Positions 1 to 9,301 of a stretch of 64,000 bases of DNA are shown here, one piece after another. Below the pieces are notes generated by a model, which saw only the letters and a program-made list of their open reading frames with translations, did not search any database and was not told the DNA's origin. Within the stretch, counting starts at the first letter, position 1. Every line of letters begins with the position of its first letter. Source of the DNA: a virus; IMG/VR virus record IMGVR_UViG_3300019458_000022; one strand, given 5' to 3'. Made by a program: the position numbers and the translations under genes.

Positions 1-7
1 GCATGAC

Positions 8-202
8 CTACCTCGCTTCCTTCTTCCGCCACCTGTACTGCCGATCCCTGGCCCGTTTGACGTCGCGCCGTTCCTCCTCCGTCCCCGCCGGAGTCCGGAG
101 GACGCACGCGCAGAGCGGGCCGCAGCACCACTCGAACTTGCAGGTCCCGGGACGCGAGACGCACTGGTAACGGCTCTCCGGGAACCCGCTTCCGCCTGCC
201 AT
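8..202 (-). CDS. small Cys-rich hypothetical protein
   Basis: ATG at 202 just after ligase stop; C-rich (CVSRPGTCKFEWCCGPLCAC), basic tail. Confidence 0.55.
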   Translation of the reverse strand: MAGGSGFPESRYQCVSRPGTCKFEWCCGPLCACVLRTPAGTEEERRDVKRARDRQYRWRKKEAR

Positions 203-204
203 GC

Positions 205-822
205 CTAGCTCTCCACGACCTTTCGGCCTTTTTCGATCCCGTACTTCTCCATCACCCGGTCGATCCACGCCTGGGTCTTGGCCTTGGCCATGACGAGATC
301 GCCCCGGATCTCGGCTTTCCCGACCGCGCCCTCGAACGTGATCCCGTCCACCTGCCCCAAGCGCACGCGCTCGACGAGCCCCCGGGTCCAGTTCATGCGG
401 CCCAGGAACCGGGGGGTCGGCAGGTGCCCGAACAGCTTGACGAAGGTCTTCGGCCCGAGGAGGTCGCCCTTGTTTGGCGCGGCATCGAAGAGAACCAGCT
501 TCTTCGGGTCCCCCGGGACATGCTCCCCGGCGAAGCTCTTCTCCCCGAAGAACTCCACGAAAACGGTCAGCACGTCCCACCGCTCCTTCCGGGCCACCTT
601 CTCGATCCCGCCCGCCAGGGTCTCATGGAAAATCGGGATCGCCGGGCCGAAGACCTCGTCCGTTTCGTCAAAGAGCCGCTCGCGCGTTCCGAACTTCCAC
701 CATCCGCGCTTCCGGGACCACTCGACCCGGAGGTTTGACCCGTCCAGCTTGTCGAAGACGTACGCCTCGAACTCGCGGAACTTCTAGCCTCCGCTCCACG
801 GGATGGACGGGTAGAAAAGCAT
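205..822 (-). pseudogene. RNA ligase-like nucleotidyltransferase (Rnl2-type motifs) with one in-frame TAG at codon 13
   Basis: My translation from ATG 822: MLFYPSIPWSGG*KFREFEAYVFDKLDGSNLR...; motif I KLDGSN, VLFDA, EGAV, MAKAK; TAG at 784-786; in frame with track ORF 205..597. Confidence 0.75.
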
Positions 823-828
823 GGTTTC

Positions 829-1455
829 CTAGCCTTCCGGGCTGATGTCCGTGAACTCCTCGGCCTTTCCGACCTGCTCCTCGGCCCACTCCTCCTTCTT
901 CTCGTCGGCAGCCTCGTCGATCCGCTCCTTCTTCGCGCCGTCGTCCCCGAACTCCTCTCCCTCGATCTCGGCCTGGGCGTCATCCCGGGCCTGGTCCTCG
1001 TCGAACTCCTCCAGGTCCCCGGCCGCGCTCTCTATCTCGTCGGCCTTGGATTCGAGGTTGTCGGCCTTCTCCTCAAGCTCGTCGCAGATCGGCATCCGGT
1101 TCCCGTTCATGCCGCTCTCGACGTTTGCGGCGCTCTCGCGGTACTCCTCGGCGACCTCGCGGATCTGGCCCGCGGCCTCCTCCATCGCGCCCCGCAGGTT
1201 CTCGATCTCGTAGTCCTTCCGGAACGCCTCGATCGCGTCGGAGATCGACTCGCCCGCCTCGTAGCAGCGGGAGAGCTTGTCCGAGTTGGTCAGTTCGCTC
1301 GGGCGCGGGGACGGGCACTCCATGCAGCGGAGGCGCTTCCCGCCGTAGCGGAACTTCCACCAGCGGTAGGGCGCGCCCGCCTGGATCTTCTTCCCGCACT
1401 TGGCGCAGGACCCGGGAGCCTTCCTCGCCTTCTCGACCTTGTTCACGCGGGGCAC
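829..1455 (-). CDS. phage-type hypothetical protein, N-terminal Zn finger and acidic coiled coil
   Basis: CAKC...CMEC, YRWWKFRYGG, E/D-rich helical C-terminus. Confidence 0.8.
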   Translation of the reverse strand: MPRVNKVEKARKAPGSCAKCGKKIQAGAPYRWWKFRYGGKRLRCMECPSPRPSELTNSDKLSRCYEAGESISDAIEAFRKDYEIENLRGAMEEAAGQIREVAEEYRESAANVESGMNGNRMPICDELEEKADNLESKADEIESAAGDLEEFDEDQARDDAQAEIEGEEFGDDGAKKERIDEAADEKKEEWAEEQVGKAEEFTDISPEG

Positions 1456-1471
1456 GTTCGACTCCCTTCCT

Positions 1472-1951
1472 TCATACCGTCTTGACGCCGATCGCCGCGA
1501 GCATATCGGCGCGGTACTCCTCGAACCGGCGGAGCCAGTCCAGGTTCACGCCGGTCTTCTCCGGGGGCATCGTCCAGCCCGTGTTTCTCGCGATGATGAC
1601 GAGCCACTTGGCGCGGCTGTACGTCCGGGCCGCGAGCGTGATCTCGCCTTTCGCCAGGAGCGCCTGCGCGGCCTCGACCAGGAACCTAGTGAACCCGTAG
1701 AGCTTGTCGTGCTCCTCCTGGCTCCGTTCGGCGGTGTGAAGGTTCGAGAACACGAACTGGAAGTAGACGAACTCCCGGTCCTTGTCCGGGTCTCCCGTGA
1801 CCTCCATCTTCGAGATGACGCGCGCCGCCCACGCCTCGGTCTCCCGCCAGTAGGCCCAGGCCCACGGGTCGTTCCGCTTGAGGCTCCGGACGGCTCGCTC
1901 CCGGGCGAACTCGACCAGCCTGGAGAAGCTCGTGACGTCGTCCTTCTTCAT
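1472..1951 (-). CDS. hypothetical protein
   Basis: ATG 1951 overlaps upstream TGA (ATGA); natural composition. Confidence 0.7.
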   Translation of the reverse strand: MKKDDVTSFSRLVEFARERAVRSLKRNDPWAWAYWRETEAWAARVISKMEVTGDPDKDREFVYFQFVFSNLHTAERSQEEHDKLYGFTRFLVEAAQALLAKGEITLAARTYSRAKWLVIIARNTGWTMPPEKTGVNLDWLRRFEEYRADMLAAIGVKTV

Positions 1952-2505
1952 GCGTTCACCGGTCCCCGAAGCGCCTCCATGACCGAAGCCTTGAGCTTGC
2001 CCCGGTAGTTCTTCTCGATCCAGGGCTTCGCGCGCTCCGTCCACGCCGCCCGGAACTCCGGGTTGAGCCAGCGCCGCGCGAACTTCTGGAACGGCAGGAC
2101 GCCCGACCGGTGCTCCTGGGTCGTGAGGAGGAACCGGACGACCGCGCCCGGAACCGCCGCCGTCGTCTGGAAGACGCCGGATGCCGCGACCTTCTTCGTG
2201 ACCGCCTGGCCGACCTTGGCCGCGACGATCGCGTTGAGATGGGCCACCCAGGAGTTCTCGACCCGGGTCTTCCCGAGCGCGCCCCGGAGCGCCTCCTTGA
2301 GGGAGGCCCGCTTGACGTAGACGGCCTCGCCCAGGACCGCGTCCTCCGCGGGCGTGACCTCGCCGTCCGCGATCCGCCGGAGGGCCGTGTAGACCTCCTG
2401 CTCCAGTTCGTCGAAGAAGCCCCGGGGCAGCCGCTCGTCCTGCGCGTGGAACGCCTCGCGCACCGCCGAGCGGTTGACCAGCCGCCGCGTCGCCGTCATC
2501 GTCAT
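1948..2505 (-). CDS. hypothetical protein, first gene after sigma54 promoter 1
   Basis: GGAGGAAGG RBS before ATG 2505. Confidence 0.7.
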   Translation of the reverse strand: MTMTATRRLVNRSAVREAFHAQDERLPRGFFDELEQEVYTALRRIADGEVTPAEDAVLGEAVYVKRASLKEALRGALGKTRVENSWVAHLNAIVAAKVGQAVTKKVAASGVFQTTAAVPGAVVRFLLTTQEHRSGVLPFQKFARRWLNPEFRAAWTERAKPWIEKNYRGKLKASVMEALRGPVNA

Positions 2506-2556
2506 CGTCCTTCCTCCATCCCGAAGCCGTTCAGGTTCGCCATCGGAGGAAGATAG

Positions 2557-2572
2557 TGCAAAACGTGTGCCA
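2557..2572 (-). promoter_or_regulatory. sigma54 -24/-12 promoter 1 (TGGCACACGTTTTGCA)
   Basis: matches TGGCAC-N5-TTGC, GG-N10-GC spacing; intergenic; CTGCCA-N3-CGGCAG at 2614-2628. Confidence 0.85.
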
Positions 2573-2646
2573 CTCTGAGACACGGTTAATTCGCTCGTTT
2601 TCAATGGGTCCGACTGCCATGACGGCAGGACTGCCTGCCGCCTCCG

Positions 2647-4134
2647 TCACCTGATCCTGCGGATCTCCTTCCGGACCCGGCCGAAGTCCTTCGCGCGCCG
2701 CGCGACCGCGTTGAGGAGTTCGGCCTGTTTCGTCGAGAAACGCTCGTTGTGGCTGCGCTCCCACCGGTGCGCGAGTTCGTGCGTGAGCGTGTAGAGCACC
2801 TGATGGGCCGCGACCGAGAACTTCCGGTCGAGCTTGGCGACGTCGATGAGGACGCCCTTGTCGTCGTCGGACCAGTGCGCGTCGTGCGACTTCGAGTCCC
2901 TCATGAGGCCGATGTTCGCGACCTCCAGGTCGGGAAACGCCTCTTCGAGGATCTCGATCGACCGGTCCATGAGGGCGAGGATCTTCCGGAACCGCGCGCT
3001 CTTCTCGGGGTGCCACTCGCGCCGCGGGTTCGTCGAGCGGTCCTCGATGATGACTCCCCGGCAGGGGACCAGGGACTCCAGGAGCCGGTTCATCCTCTCC
3101 TCGGCGCTCTCGACCACGGACTGGATGCCGGAAGTGACGAGCGCCGCCCGGCGGTCGTCCTCCAGGAAGGACTCGGCCAGGTTCTCCTCGACCTCTCTCG
3201 GCTTGGGCGCGACCGGCGCCGACCGCTTGATCTTGCGCTGCTTCAAGTTGTAGGTGAAGCGCTTCTTGACCGGCTGAGGGGGGATCTTGGAGGAGAGGGG
3301 ATTCTCCTGCTCGTACCTCATGCGCTCCCGGAGGCGCCGGAAGGCGTCCTCCAGGCCGGGATTCGCGAGGCGCTCCCGGGCCGGGGTGAAGTCCTTGTAC
3401 GTCGTCCGCTCGAAGTTGACGACGTAGCCGTCCGTGCCCCCGGTCCACTCGTCGAACTGGGGGAGGCCGTTCGAGAGAACGACGATGTGCCCGCGGTACT
3501 CCTGGGGCTTCCGGGCCTTGTAGACGGGGTGGCCGACGATCTCGGAATGGAGCGGCGAGGGCTCCAGGTCGAAGCCGATCTTCTCGCCGTTGAGGAAGAT
3601 CGAGGTCTTGGAGAGCCGCGCGTATGAGAGCATCTCGCTCAGGTGATCCGGGTAGATGTAGCTGTTCGGGTGGTACCGGATGACGAAGGTGACGCCGGGC
3701 TTTTCGGTCGTGGGCTCGTCCTTGAGTTCGGCTCCGCCCAGGATCTCAGCCTGCGTGACCTTGAACTTCCGGCCTTCGGCGACGCTCGTGATCGAGAAGT
3801 CCTTGACCTGTCGGTTGAAGAGGATGATGGCCTTGGCAACGCCGTTCCCGCCGGTCCGATCGCCTTCCTCGTTCGTCTTGGCGCCCAGGCAGAGGAACCG
3901 GTTGAGGAAGACATCCGTGGTCATCCCGCAGCCGTCGTCGGCGAACGTGAGGACCCAGTCCTTGTCCACGGTCGCCTCTCGGACGAGGCCGATCCGGACC
4001 TCCCGCGAGCGGCTGTCCACCGAGTTCTGGAGCATCTCGGTTGCCGACTTGACCAGCTTGTCCCCGGCGTAGAGCCGGTCGGCGTAGGCGCTCCAGACCT
4101 CGCGGGCGTCGATCTTGAGTTCGAGCTTCGGCAT
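2647..4134 (-). CDS. GHKL (HATPase_c/MORC-like) ATPase with C-terminal HExxH zincin-like domain
   Basis: EMLQNSVD, DDGCGM, GGNGVAK Bergerat motifs; THELAHRWERSHNERF. Confidence 0.8.
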   Translation of the reverse strand: MPKLELKIDAREVWSAYADRLYAGDKLVKSATEMLQNSVDSRSREVRIGLVREATVDKDWVLTFADDGCGMTTDVFLNRFLCLGAKTNEEGDRTGGNGVAKAIILFNRQVKDFSITSVAEGRKFKVTQAEILGGAELKDEPTTEKPGVTFVIRYHPNSYIYPDHLSEMLSYARLSKTSIFLNGEKIGFDLEPSPLHSEIVGHPVYKARKPQEYRGHIVVLSNGLPQFDEWTGGTDGYVVNFERTTYKDFTPARERLANPGLEDAFRRLRERMRYEQENPLSSKIPPQPVKKRFTYNLKQRKIKRSAPVAPKPREVEENLAESFLEDDRRAALVTSGIQSVVESAEERMNRLLESLVPCRGVIIEDRSTNPRREWHPEKSARFRKILALMDRSIEILEEAFPDLEVANIGLMRDSKSHDAHWSDDDKGVLIDVAKLDRKFSVAAHQVLYTLTHELAHRWERSHNERFSTKQAELLNAVARRAKDFGRVRKEIRRIR

Positions 4135-4163
4135 CGCCGTCTCCCTAAAGACCCCCTCTCTAC

Positions 4164-4179
4164 CGCAAAACGTGTGCCA
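4164..4179 (-). promoter_or_regulatory. sigma54 promoter 2 (TGGCACACGTTTTGCG)
   Basis: consensus match ~30 bp upstream of GHKL start; CTGCCA/TGACAG/TGGCAG at ~4243-4268. Confidence 0.85.
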
Positions 4180-4281
4180 TACTGGATATCATACACAAAC
4201 CTCAAAATCACGCGAAAAACGAAGGTCGCTCGTGCGGGCGCCCTGCCAGGGGGGTGACAGGATGGCAGCCGGGAACGGGGC

Positions 4282-4617
4282 CTAGCTATCCTTGTCCCGG
4301 GCGCCCTTTCTCTCCTCCACGGCCCTCCGGTGCCAGGCCCGGTTGTTCATGATTTGGTGGAACGTATCGAGGGCGTCCACGGCGATCTTCACGTTGTACA
4401 TCAGCCGGTCCCGGATGCGTTCGAGCGTGACCGGATCGTCGGTATCGTGGTCGTACGGCACCGGCCGGTGATGAAAGGCCCGGTACCGGGACCGGTCCAC
4501 GACGACGATCTCGATCCTGCGATCGCCCTCCTCGTCGCGCCCGAAGGTCTCGCGCGCAAGCGCCTCGACCTGGCGCTGGAAGGTCTCGATCTTCTTCTCG
4601 TCCAGGAGGTCACGCAT
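4282..4617 (-). CDS. hypothetical protein
   Basis: ATG 4617 overlapping upstream gene end. Confidence 0.65.
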   Translation of the reverse strand: MRDLLDEKKIETFQRQVEALARETFGRDEEGDRRIEIVVVDRSRYRAFHHRPVPYDHDTDDPVTLERIRDRLMYNVKIAVDALDTFHQIMNNRAWHRRAVEERKGARDKDS

Positions 4618-4879
4618 CGGTTGTTCCTCCGGCATCCTGGCCGAACGCGCACGCATGGCTTCCCTGCGTCCATCCGCAAAGGCGGCAGCAATCGCCGCGC
4701 CGGTACTCCTCGATCGCCTTCCTCACGTCCGGGTCGTTCAAGGTCGCCTCCTCGTCGAACTCCCCGAGCCATTTCCAGCCCTTCCTCTGGAGCGGATCGA
4801 CGAAGAAGTTCCCGTCCCTCCGTTTGAGAAGGAAGGCGCCGTCCTTGGCCAAAAGATGGGTCTTCGGGTCGTGATGCAT
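4610..4879 (-). CDS. hypothetical protein with C-terminal CxxC...HxC
   Basis: ORF track; packing. Confidence 0.6.
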   Translation of the reverse strand: MHHDPKTHLLAKDGAFLLKRRDGNFFVDPLQRKGWKWLGEFDEEATLNDPDVRKAIEEYRRGDCCRLCGWTQGSHACAFGQDAGGTTDA

Positions 4880-4948
4880 GGGCTTACCCGATCTGTTCCA
4901 GGTGGACGAAGAGGGAGACGTGACGGGTATGGAGGGAGTTCGACATGT

Positions 4949-6394
4949 TTAGGCCCAGCCCTTCTCCCTGAGAAACTCCACGTTCTCCACGGCCGCCATG
5001 AACGCGAGTCCGGAAAGGCGCCCGAACTCCTGGTACCACGACTGGTCGTGGCCGTTCCCCTTCCGATGGGCGAATTCGTGGACGAGTAGATTGACCCAGG
5101 TCGCGGTGTTCCCGCGGGCAAAGAAGCGCTTGCCCACGCGCTTCCGGTTGACGTTGACCTGCCGGAGCACGTCGTTCCAGGTCGCGCAGTACCTGTCCCG
5201 GTCCATGGTGTAGATCTCGACCTCGAACGCGCCGATCGAGAGCTTCCCCCCGAGCCACTGGGCGAACGCCACGAAGTCCTTCTCGTCGTCGGTCCAGTCG
5301 TCTTCGGGAATGGTCTCGGCCTCTCCGAAGGAGGGCGCGAACACCTGGCTCGTGCTCGGCGCATGGGTCCGGACAAGGTCGCGGACGGCGTCCGTCTGGC
5401 CCCGGAGATCGACGAGGGGGAGGCCGTCCTGGACCGCGCGGACGTTGTTGTCCGGGTCCATGGGATTGAGGCGGACGACGTTCTCCCCGAACCGCTTCTT
5501 GACGTAGAGCGCGCCCGCCTTCTCCTTGTCGAAGACGGCGCTTGAGACGGCCTCCTCGACCCACAGCTTCGAGGCATCTTCCCGGCTCATCTTCTCCATC
5601 CGGTGGTTCGCGAGGCACCCGAAGACCTGCCGGAGATACGACCGGGGGACGACGTCCCGTTCCGGCTTGAGCGGGACCCGCTGCTGGACGTCGATGTGGA
5701 ACGGAAAGCCGTCGTCCTTGATCGGCTCGATGGGGATGCCCATCTCGTAGATCCACGGAGTCTCGCCGTTCTGGAGCGAATAGAGCCGGATTTCGGTTTT
5801 CCGGACCCTCTGGACCATGACCTCGTTTTCCACGAAAACCGTGGGAAGGCTGGCCTCGAAGCTGTCGGCGCGCGTGTAGGTCGGGAGCGTAAGCCCCACC
5901 ATCTGGAAATCGAGGCCCGGGGGCGGGATGAAGAGCTTGAGATACCACCGGATGTCCTGCGCGTCCTGCGCCGTCCAGGACGGGATCTCGCAGACGATCA
6001 AGGTCCCGCGCTCGCGCGAGTTGGCCCGAACGGTCCGCTCGAACTCCTTCCGCTTCCACTTGAAGTGGACCGTCTTCCCCACGGTCTCGACAATGACGTC
6101 GTCGGAGACCGCGATCATCTCCTTGAGGCCGCGCCCCATCCGGCCGCGCTTGAGCGGGGAATCCTTCTTGCCGCTCGCGAAGATCGTCCAGATCTCCTTG
6201 GGGTCCTGGAACCCGCGCGGGACTTCGTCCTCGATCGAGATCCTGGTGTAGCCGGGTTCCGACCGGACCTCCAGGATCACGCGCTTGGCGCCCTCCTCGT
6301 CGAAGGCGTTCTGGACGAGTTCCCGGACGAGATGGCCCGGAGGCCGATGGAGGTTCTGCGCCCGGAACGCCCGTTCGTCGATCTCGAAACCCAT
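4949..6394 (-). CDS. second GHKL ATPase with C-terminal HExxH domain
   Basis: ELVQNAFD, IEDEVPRG, GRMGRGLKE; LVHEFAHRKGNGHDQSW. Confidence 0.8.
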   Translation of the reverse strand: MGFEIDERAFRAQNLHRPPGHLVRELVQNAFDEEGAKRVILEVRSEPGYTRISIEDEVPRGFQDPKEIWTIFASGKKDSPLKRGRMGRGLKEMIAVSDDVIVETVGKTVHFKWKRKEFERTVRANSRERGTLIVCEIPSWTAQDAQDIRWYLKLFIPPPGLDFQMVGLTLPTYTRADSFEASLPTVFVENEVMVQRVRKTEIRLYSLQNGETPWIYEMGIPIEPIKDDGFPFHIDVQQRVPLKPERDVVPRSYLRQVFGCLANHRMEKMSREDASKLWVEEAVSSAVFDKEKAGALYVKKRFGENVVRLNPMDPDNNVRAVQDGLPLVDLRGQTDAVRDLVRTHAPSTSQVFAPSFGEAETIPEDDWTDDEKDFVAFAQWLGGKLSIGAFEVEIYTMDRDRYCATWNDVLRQVNVNRKRVGKRFFARGNTATWVNLLVHEFAHRKGNGHDQSWYQEFGRLSGLAFMAAVENVEFLREKGWA

Positions 6395-6399
6395 GGGGT

Positions 6400-6639
6400 C
6401 TACCTCTTCTCCCTCCGGTTCTGCGCGCCCATCGACGAGGCGACGATGAACCAGGCTTCCTTCCGATCGAGTCCGAGTTGCCGGTTGAGTTCGTCCGCTC
6501 GCTCCTTGGCCTGGTCGTAGCGCTCGAACTCGCCTTCCACCTGGACCGGGGTATAGCCCGGGACATCGCGCTCGGCGAGGCCGATCGCGTGCCCGGTCGC
6601 GGTCACGACCGCCGTGAACGCCTTGTTGCCTTTCGACAT
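6400..6639 (-). CDS. hypothetical protein
   Basis: GGGGGAG RBS; packing. Confidence 0.7.
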   Translation of the reverse strand: MSKGNKAFTAVVTATGHAIGLAERDVPGYTPVQVEGEFERYDQAKERADELNRQLGLDRKEAWFIVASSMGAQNRREKR

Positions 6640-6648
6640 GGCTCCCCC

Positions 6649-6888
6649 CTAAAGGATGTTCTTCCCTGCCTCGTCGAGCTTCACGATCTGGAAGCCGCCC
6701 GCGGTCGGCCAGTCGATCCCGATCACGCCCCCGCCCAGGGTCCGGACGTTCTCGGCCAGTTCCCCGGCCGCGCTCACGAGGAGCGCGAGCGCCATCAAGG
6801 GATCGCGTTCGACGCGCTTGGCGGCCTCCTCGACGGACGCCTTGACGCGGGTCCGGACATCGAAGTTGGCGACGTCGTTTCCGTCCAT
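6649..6888 (-). CDS. hypothetical protein
   Basis: AGGAGG RBS. Confidence 0.7.
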   Translation of the reverse strand: MDGNDVANFDVRTRVKASVEEAAKRVERDPLMALALLVSAAGELAENVRTLGGGVIGIDWPTAGGFQIVKLDEAGKNIL

Positions 6889-6899
6889 GGTCTTCCTCC

Positions 6900-7613
6900 T
6901 TAGTCGATGTTCGCCTTGAGCCCGATTTCGCGGGCGATCATGCGCTTGTAGTCCATGGAGAGCCCGGCCGCGTCCGTCACCAGTTCGCAGAGCGCGCGCT
7001 CGTACTCCGGGTTCTCGCCGTCATCGGACTTGAGGTCCGAAGCCAGCTTGACGAGGTCCCTGACGGTGACCTTGCGCGACAGGATCTTGGAGTCGAGGAC
7101 TGACGAGGGGACGTCCACCTTGCCGGTCCGGAGGGACATGCGGACCTCGCAGTTCGAGCAGAAGAGGTACTCCTCTCCGGAGATGAACGCGCGCCGGGCT
7201 TCCTGGAGCGTGGCCTTCCGCGTCCGCTGGCCGTCGTCGCGCGCGTCCTTGGCGCAGTCGGCGCAGAGGAAGATCTTCCGCCTGTCGCTCGTCCAGGCCG
7301 CGTGGATGGCGGGCGCCTTCGGTGACGCCGTCGCGGCCCCGGCCACGATCTCCGGGTAGACGATCAGGTGGTCCCCGTCCTTCACCCCGGCGTCCGGGAG
7401 CGTCTGCGTCTCCTGGAGACGCTTCCCGCCCTCCTTGTGGTCGAGGCTGTAGGACATGGGTGTTCCGTCCGGCGCCGTCACCGGAAGCGTCATCTTCGTG
7501 ATGATGTTCGGGAGGATCTTCGCCACGGTCACGGTCGGCGAGATCTTGGCGCGGACCGACTTCGCGCCGGTCTGGTCGAGGAACGTCACCTGGATGCCCT
7601 GCGGATCGCTCAT
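6900..7613 (-). CDS. ubiquitin-like (EsaB/YukD-type beta-grasp) domain fused to Zn-binding C-terminal domain
   Basis: IQVTFLDQTGAK...KMTLPVTAPDGTPMSYSLDHKEGGKRLQETQTLPDAGVKDGDHLIVYPEIVAG, then CADC...CSNC; AGGAG RBS. Confidence 0.75.
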   Translation of the reverse strand: MSDPQGIQVTFLDQTGAKSVRAKISPTVTVAKILPNIITKMTLPVTAPDGTPMSYSLDHKEGGKRLQETQTLPDAGVKDGDHLIVYPEIVAGAATASPKAPAIHAAWTSDRRKIFLCADCAKDARDDGQRTRKATLQEARRAFISGEEYLFCSNCEVRMSLRTGKVDVPSSVLDSKILSRKVTVRDLVKLASDLKSDDGENPEYERALCELVTDAAGLSMDYKRMIAREIGLKANID

Positions 7614-7816
7614 GCCGGTTTCTCCTTCTTCCTGGCTTCCTGAGCCTTTTCGGCCCGTTCCTTGCATCCGTCGCAGTACGCCTTTCCGCCCCGCATCCAG
7701 CGGGCCGGTTCTTCCTCCCGGTGCGACCGCCCCGTGAATGAGCAGACCCCCTTGAACGCCCACGTCCATCCCGGATTGAAGGCGCTCCCTTCGTAGGGCC
7801 TGAACGCGGCCGTCAT
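7610..7816 (-). CDS. small Zn-finger protein
   Basis: CSFTG...YCDGC; overlaps both neighbours. Confidence 0.6.
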   Translation of the reverse strand: MTAAFRPYEGSAFNPGWTWAFKGVCSFTGRSHREEEPARWMRGGKAYCDGCKERAEKAQEARKKEKPA

Positions 7817-8067
7817 GCGACCACCGCCTTCTCGCGCCGGTACTTCCGCGCGCAGTCTGGACCCAGGGGATATCCGCCCATGTTCCACGGGTGATGCTGG
7901 TGGGCTTCCTCCCCGCCTGCGGGTTCGAACTGGCCGCAGCAGATGAAGACCCACATGGCTTTGTCCTTCTCCTTGATCGGCTTCCCGCAGTAGGCGCAGG
8001 GCCATTCGCTGCCCTTGCAGCGCTCGGCATTCTCATGGAAGCGGGGGCCGGAAAAGGGCGTCATCAT
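7813..8067 (-). CDS. small Zn-finger protein
   Basis: CAYCGKPI...GPDCA. Confidence 0.65.
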   Translation of the reverse strand: MMTPFSGPRFHENAERCKGSEWPCAYCGKPIKEKDKAMWVFICCGQFEPAGGEEAHQHHPWNMGGYPLGPDCARKYRREKAVVA

Positions 8068-8555
8068 GAGAGCGACCTTTCCAGCGTCAGGAGAGCTTCC
8101 CGCTGGCTCCGAAGTTTCGCCAGGGCGTCCTCGGTTTCCGCGATCTTCTCGTCCACGCCGATGATCTCGTTGTTGACGTGCGACCGCTTGGCGGCCTTGA
8201 GGATCTCGGGATGCCCGGCCGCGTACCGGGCCCATGCCTCGGAGAGCACCGAACGGGCCTTTTGGACAGCGGACAGCGTGTAGTCGAACGCCTTGAGCGA
8301 ACCGGCCCGCGACAGGTTGACCTCGTTCGTGCTGTTCGCGTCCCAGGAGCCATCCGCCTTGAGATGCAGGTGGGCTGAGAGATGATACTCCACGCGGTTG
8401 ATGACGACCGGTATCGGGGTCGTCGGGCTCCCGTCTTCGTCGTAACGACGGGACTCCAGGTAGACGTGCGACCCGCTCGTCACCGAGAAATCGACCGGCC
8501 CGATCGACGTCTCAAGGACGCCCTTCGCCGGATTCTGGTGCTTCCGCGCCTTCAT
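8064..8555 (-). CDS. hypothetical protein, C-terminal coiled coil
   Basis: first gene after promoter 3; alternative GTG start 8567. Confidence 0.7.
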   Translation of the reverse strand: MKARKHQNPAKGVLETSIGPVDFSVTSGSHVYLESRRYDEDGSPTTPIPVVINRVEYHLSAHLHLKADGSWDANSTNEVNLSRAGSLKAFDYTLSAVQKARSVLSEAWARYAAGHPEILKAAKRSHVNNEIIGVDEKIAETEDALAKLRSQREALLTLERSLS

Positions 8556-8579
8556 CGTCTCGCTCACGACCTCTCCTAC

Positions 8580-8595
8580 TGCAAAACGTGTGCCA
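8580..8595 (-). promoter_or_regulatory. sigma54 promoter 3 (TGGCACACGTTTTGCA)
   Basis: consensus; TGGCAG-N4-CTGCCA at 8645-8660. Confidence 0.85.
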
Positions 8596-8607
8596 CGCTG
8601 ACACCTA

Positions 8608-8636
8608 TTTATACTCGCCGGAACCGCGGTTGTCAA
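8608..8636 (-). promoter_or_regulatory. sigma70-type promoter in tandem with sigma54 promoter 3
   Basis: TTGACA-N17-TATAAA. Confidence 0.6.
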
Positions 8637-8668
8637 TGCCAATCTGGCAGACGGCTGCCAGCCATTCT

Positions 8669-9301
8669 CTACTTCTTGACCTTGCCCCACACTTCGCGCA
8701 CGACGGCGGGCGGCGCGTCCTTGAGGCGTTCCGGGATCTCGAAGAAGAACACGGCCGTGGGCTCGACCTTGACGTGGCCGCCCACGACCGCGAACCGGAC
8801 GATCTGGCCCTTTTCCCGCTCGTTCAGGTTGTTGACCGCGACCTGCCAGGCTTCCCCGTCCCGGGCCACGAGGACGTGTCCGCGGAGGCCGAAGCTGTTC
8901 CGGTTCGATGAGACGGCCGCGACCTTGAACTCCTTGACCGCGTGCTCGGGCTCGAAGGCTTTGGCCGGGAAGTAGACCTTCCGGGGGTTGAACTCGCGCT
9001 GGTCGGGGTCGATGAGGTCGAGGCCGAGCCGGGCGCCCTTCGCCTCCTTCGCGTGGCCGGTGGTCCCGATCTTCCGGGCGAGCTTCACGTCCTTCTCGTC
9101 GAGAAGCTCTCCGTGGAGCCGGTCGCCGGTCTCGTAGTCGTGGAACCCGTGGGTCACGCGCACCCGGTAGCGACCCGGCGGAAGCCAGTTGGAGCCGCCG
9201 ACGTCGTTCAAGATCATGACGTCCGTGATGTCGCTCAGGCGCTTCCCGCAGGTGACGAACCCGACGAGGCCGACTTCCCGGATCTCGCTCTTCGCGCCCA
9301 T
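8669..9301 (-). CDS. hypothetical protein
   Basis: GGAGGAA RBS, ATG 9301. Confidence 0.7.
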   Translation of the reverse strand: MGAKSEIREVGLVGFVTCGKRLSDITDVMILNDVGGSNWLPPGRYRVRVTHGFHDYETGDRLHGELLDEKDVKLARKIGTTGHAKEAKGARLGLDLIDPDQREFNPRKVYFPAKAFEPEHAVKEFKVAAVSSNRNSFGLRGHVLVARDGEAWQVAVNNLNEREKGQIVRFAVVGGHVKVEPTAVFFFEIPERLKDAPPAVVREVWGKVKK

